Assembly (NCBI GenBank): GCA_951406725.2 | Contig: OX597820.1 | Coordinates: 101,866,001 to 101,930,000, forward strand | Source of the DNA: Octopus vulgaris | Lineage: Eukaryota | DNA length: 64,000 nucleotides | Direction: 5' to 3' | Shown: positions 62,336 through 64,000 of the stretch, one piece after another | Numbering within the stretch: the first letter of the stretch is position 1 | Layout: each line of letters opens with the position of its first letter | Notes under the pieces: generated by a model | The model's input: only the letters and a program-made list of their open reading frames with translations | Told to the model about the DNA's origin: nothing | The model's database searches: none | Translations under genes and position numbers: made by a program

Positions 62336-63616
62336 AGGGAAAGAGAAACAAGCAGAAAGAGTTACTATGAGGATGTTAGAAACATAAAAAAATGAAAAAT
62401 GAGAAAGAATATATATATATATATAGTGGTCGTATACTGTCAACTGAATGTGACAGTCCCCGTAAGGGAATTACAACACCGCCATTTAGCCCTAGGAAAC
62501 ATCCACGTTGCCTGTCGGCTTTGACACATTTTCTGTGTCCTTATATTTGCAAAGGGGAGGCAATCACCCACCCCGCAAGCTGGATACACACACACACACA
62601 CAACCATATATTTTCCACTGTGCAGCACCTTGGACAATTGTCTTCTATAGTCTTGACCTAATGAAAGCTTTGCCAGTAGATTTGGTAGATGGAAATTGAA
62701 ACAAGCTCATCATATATGCATATATGTATGTGTGAGTGTATATATATATAAATATAAAGATGAGAATGTGAGTGTGTTTGCTTGCTGGTTTGTAAACAAT
62801 GGTTTCACTAACATAGTCATTTGGTTCCTGGTTCTCCAAGTAAACATACCCAGGCTGTTTGTCTGATAAACAGGTGGATTATTACCTCACTTGGAAACAA
62901 GTGGGGAACTGGCAACAGGAAAGGCATCTCACCATAAAAAATTCTACTCCAACAGACTCTTGTCATACACGTACAAGCATGGAAAATAAGATATTAAATC
63001 ATAATGTTGATGTATATTGGTGCACACACACACACACGTGTTGGTGCCATGTAAAAAGCGCCCAGTACTCTCTGCAAAGTGGTTGGCATTAGTAAAGCCA
63101 TCCAACCATAGAAACTATGTCAAAACAGACAGATTGGAGCCTGGGCAACTCCCTGGCTGGTCAGCTCCTATCAAACCATCCAGTTCATGCCAGCATGGAG
63201 AATGACTTATGATGATGATTCATATGTGTGTGTGTCTTTGTGTATCTTTGTATCTCCTAGTTTTTGTATTATATACTAGTTGTAAGCGAGTCTCACCATC
63301 ATACAAGCAGTGTCATTCATTTCCAATCTTTTGTGAAAACATTTCTTGTCATGAGGAAATATTACCTTGCTTGGAGACAAGAGAGGATTGCCAACAGAAA
63401 GGGCATATAGGGCTGCAGAAAATCTGTCACAACAAATTCCACTTGACATTCCCCCACTCCATGCAAGCAGAGAAATGTGGATGATGAAATAACAATGATG
63501 AAGATTAATTACGCTGATGAGTTTGAAACAGCAACAGAAAGAATGCATTCAAGAAAGAGAACACATTCTTGAAGTAAGTAACTCCTTCCCTATTACTATT
63601 AAAAAAAATAGGGTAA

Positions 63617-63800
63617 AGACCCCCTTCGGTCATGAATGTCCATTGGATTGCACCTAGAGAGTTATCCTCCGAGGCACAAGTCCAGGCAAGGTTGGTTATG
63701 GAAGACCAGCAGTCACCTATGCATACCAGCTTCCCCTCTCCACGCTGCTGATGTCCAAGGGAAAGGAAAAGTCCGCTATTTGCACCTCATTTCTATAGCT
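63617..63800 (-). mobile_element. SINE family D, 3' part
   Basis: Matches 39478-39690. Confidence 0.75.
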
Positions 63801-64000
63801 AAGAACAAAAAGGGTGGGGAGCTGTTTTCAATAAAATTAATGAAGCTATTTAATTTTGCTAGTTAGAGTACTCGATCGAAAAACCTCTATAGAATCAAAA
63901 TCTACTCTTTATTGACATTTTGAACTATTGAGAACTAATTTCAGTTCTCTTGCTATAGAACTCACCCACACTAAATCAGCATTATACAAAATTGGAAGAA

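Overview
AT-rich, repeat-dense eukaryotic DNA. The SINE, LINE and microsatellite content looks like an Octopus (coleoid cephalopod) genome; this is an inference. The only host gene I can support is a TP53I11/PIG11 homolog on the minus strand, seen as two spliced coding exons (22466-22573 and 754-853) separated by a 21.6-kb intron. The rest appears to be intronic. It holds a Buster/Charlie-type hAT pseudo-element with 8-bp TSDs, a near-intact Neptune-type Penelope-like retroelement (PLE; RT plus GIY-YIG), an RTE LINE carrying a PHD finger, and R4/Dong, RTE and CR1/L2 fragments. It also holds piggyBac, mariner, maT, Tc1 and Helitron derivatives, several tRNA-SINE families and many microsatellites. 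The most notable signal the ORF track does not explain is about 10 type-I hammerhead-ribozyme-like motifs from at least seven unrelated sequence families. They have palindromic stem III and sit in short, mostly (TA)n-bounded non-coding units. Three occur as divergent inverted pairs forming long fold-backs, which suggests a PLE-driven, retrozyme-like population inside a transcribed intron. Most short ORFs in the track are spurious translations of repeats.
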